64,000 nt of DNA. Origin: an uncultured delta proteobacterium. Lineage in GTDB: Bacteria; Myxococcota; Myxococcia; Myxococcales; Anaeromyxobacteraceae. Below the pieces are notes generated by a model. The model was not told the DNA's origin and made no database searches. It saw only the letters and a program-made list of their open reading frames with translations. Where the stretch lies: NCBI GenBank assembly GCA_963814585.1, contig CAWFDF010000014.1:416001-480000 (forward strand), in the 5' to 3' direction. Numbering within the stretch: the stretch's first letter is position 1; the number at the start of each line of letters is the position of its first letter. Shown here piece after piece: positions 62,604-64,000 of this stretch. The position numbers and the translations under genes were made by a program.

Positions 62604-63332
62604 CTACCTCAGCCGCGGCCAGAGCAGCCCGGTGCGGGCCCGGTAGGCGCTCCAGCCCGGGTAGCGCGACAGCGAGGCATCCTTGAGCAGCATGTTGGGC
62701 ACGAAGACCGCCCCCCAGACCCAGGCCAGCACCAGCCAGGGGAGCCAGTGGCGGGTCAGCAGCGCGTAGGACCCGTAGATCATCATCTCCCCGAGGTAGT
62801 TGGGGTTGCGGGTGCGCGCGAACATGCCGACGGTGAGGAGCCGCGGCCCCGCCTGCAGCTGGAAGTGCTTCTGGGCGTCGGCCCCCAGCATGGCGGCCAG
62901 CCCCAGGGTGTGCAGGGCGATGGCGCCGGCGAGCAGGGGGGCCCCCGCCTCCGGCCGCGGCCCGAGGACGCCGGAGATCAGCAGCCAGGGTGCCAGCCAG
63001 TAGGGCCCGAGCACCAGGGCCACCGCCAGCAGCGCGCCGCCCACGGTGACCGGCGCGTCGAAGCGGCGGTCGCGGAAGGCGGCGTGTTTCATGAGCCATG
63101 CCAGCCCGTAGCTGCCGTGCAGCGCCAGGTAGACCCAGGCTTCGGTGGAGCCGTTCCGGAAGGCGAGCATCAGGGCGCCCACGAAGAGGGCGGTGCCCCC
63201 CTTCTGCAGGTTGGTCACGGTGGAGAGGCGCAGCGGGCGAGGCCCGCCCAGGAAGTCCTGGCTCAGGGTGCGAGCGAGGTCGCCCAGCCACCGGGCCAGC
63301 GCCGGCGCCTCCCGACGGTCGGTCTCGATCAT
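62604..63332 (-). CDS. DUF1295 / steroid 5-alpha-reductase-like membrane protein
   Basis: ADAQK, GMFARTRNPNYLGEMMIY, KDASLSRYP.W..Y. Confidence 0.85.
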   Translation of the reverse strand: MIETDRREAPALARWLGDLARTLSQDFLGGPRPLRLSTVTNLQKGGTALFVGALMLAFRNGSTEAWVYLALHGSYGLAWLMKHAAFRDRRFDAPVTVGGALLAVALVLGPYWLAPWLLISGVLGPRPEAGAPLLAGAIALHTLGLAAMLGADAQKHFQLQAGPRLLTVGMFARTRNPNYLGEMMIYGSYALLTRHWLPWLVLAWVWGAVFVPNMLLKDASLSRYPGWSAYRARTGLLWPRLR

Positions 63333-63379
63333 GGTCCCCTTGTAGCGCAGGGCGCCCGGCCTCGCACCAGGGCCGCCAG

Positions 63380-64000
63380 TCAACCGCCGGGCGGCCCGGC
63401 GCCCCGCTCGGACCGCTCCGCGCACCAGGTGGCCGCCTCGGTGAGCGCCCGCCTCACCGCGGCGTTCGCGGCGGCCGCCCCGCCGGCCGGGTCGTCGGAC
63501 GGAGCCGGCTCGACGGCCTCGAGCTCGTGCGTGCCGAGGAGCCGGTGGGCCGCCACGTCGGTCAGCTCGAGCCGCAGCGTGACGCGCACCCGGCTCGGCC
63601 GCTCCGTGAACTCCTGCTGGAGCCGGACCACCTCGCTCTCGAGGCGGAGGCCCGGCACCGACCCCAGGGCCACCTCCGTGACCGCCTGGAACCGCCCGGT
63701 CCGCTCCAGCGCCCTCACCAGCAGCGGGCCCAGCAGGCGGGCCGGCGGCTCCACCCACTGGCTCCGCGCGAAGTACTGGAGCTGGTTGGGCCGCTGCAGG
63801 TACGCCATGCGTGGCCCCTCGAGGCCGGGGCCGGCGCGGGGAGCCGAGACCAGGACCACGGGGCCGGGGCCGGCCACCGGGCCGCCCTCGAAGCGGGGAT
63901 CGATGGTGAAGAGCTCGACCGGCTCGGGCCTCGGCAGCGAGACGCAGGCGCCCAGGGCCAGGGCGGCCAGCGCCGCCGTGAGGCCGATTCGCGTGGCGAG
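63380..64000 (-). CDS. ABC-type transport auxiliary lipoprotein (PqiC-like), 5' end outside the window
   Basis: Frame open to the edge; lipobox LGAC; MAY....QLQYFARSQWVEPPARL. Confidence 0.82.
   Translation of the reverse strand, partial: LATRIGLTAALAALALGACVSLPRPEPVELFTIDPRFEGGPVAGPGPVVLVSAPRAGPGLEGPRMAYLQRPNQLQYFARSQWVEPPARLLGPLLVRALERTGRFQAVTEVALGSVPGLRLESEVVRLQQEFTERPSRVRVTLRLELTDVAAHRLLGTHELEAVEPAPSDDPAGGAAAANAAVRRALTEAATWCAERSERGAGPPGG

Overview
A gene-dense, very high-GC window that looks like core chromosome of an Anaeromyxobacter-like member of Myxococcota (inferred from gene content and myxobacterial-type hypotheticals). It holds rnr (partial), moeA, yggX, tRNA-Ala(GGC), purD-purE-lptF-lptG-tsaC, purH, a heme operon (ccsA-like, hemA, hemC, hemD) plus a separate hemB, proC behind a two-subunit FAD/[2Fe-2S] amino-acid oxidoreductase, truD, trxA, lldD, mreC-mreD-mrdA-rodA, ppiD-maf-GDPD-yggS, class I fbaB and an addAB-type helicase-nuclease pair. 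I found no CRISPR array, transposase, integrase or prophage. Eight genes, several normally essential (hemA, hemB, purE, lptG), carry isolated 1-nt frameshifts that are most likely assembly errors. The best candidates for something new are: (1) a Ser/Thr kinase, a non-canonical MerR-like regulator and a Cys-rich stand-alone sigma70 region-4 protein, with a clear promoter and a direct-repeat leader; (2) an AddAB in which both nuclease domains appear to carry 4-Cys Fe-S motifs; (3) a 35-aa Lys/Arg-rich micro-protein with its own promoter; (4) an orphan winged-helix/helical-protein operon; (5) several apparent pseudo-enzymes (RluA with HRLG, E2-like with DER, PHP, J-domain); (6) a recurring leaderless-mRNA signature. 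All product calls come from motif recognition by eye; no searches were run.
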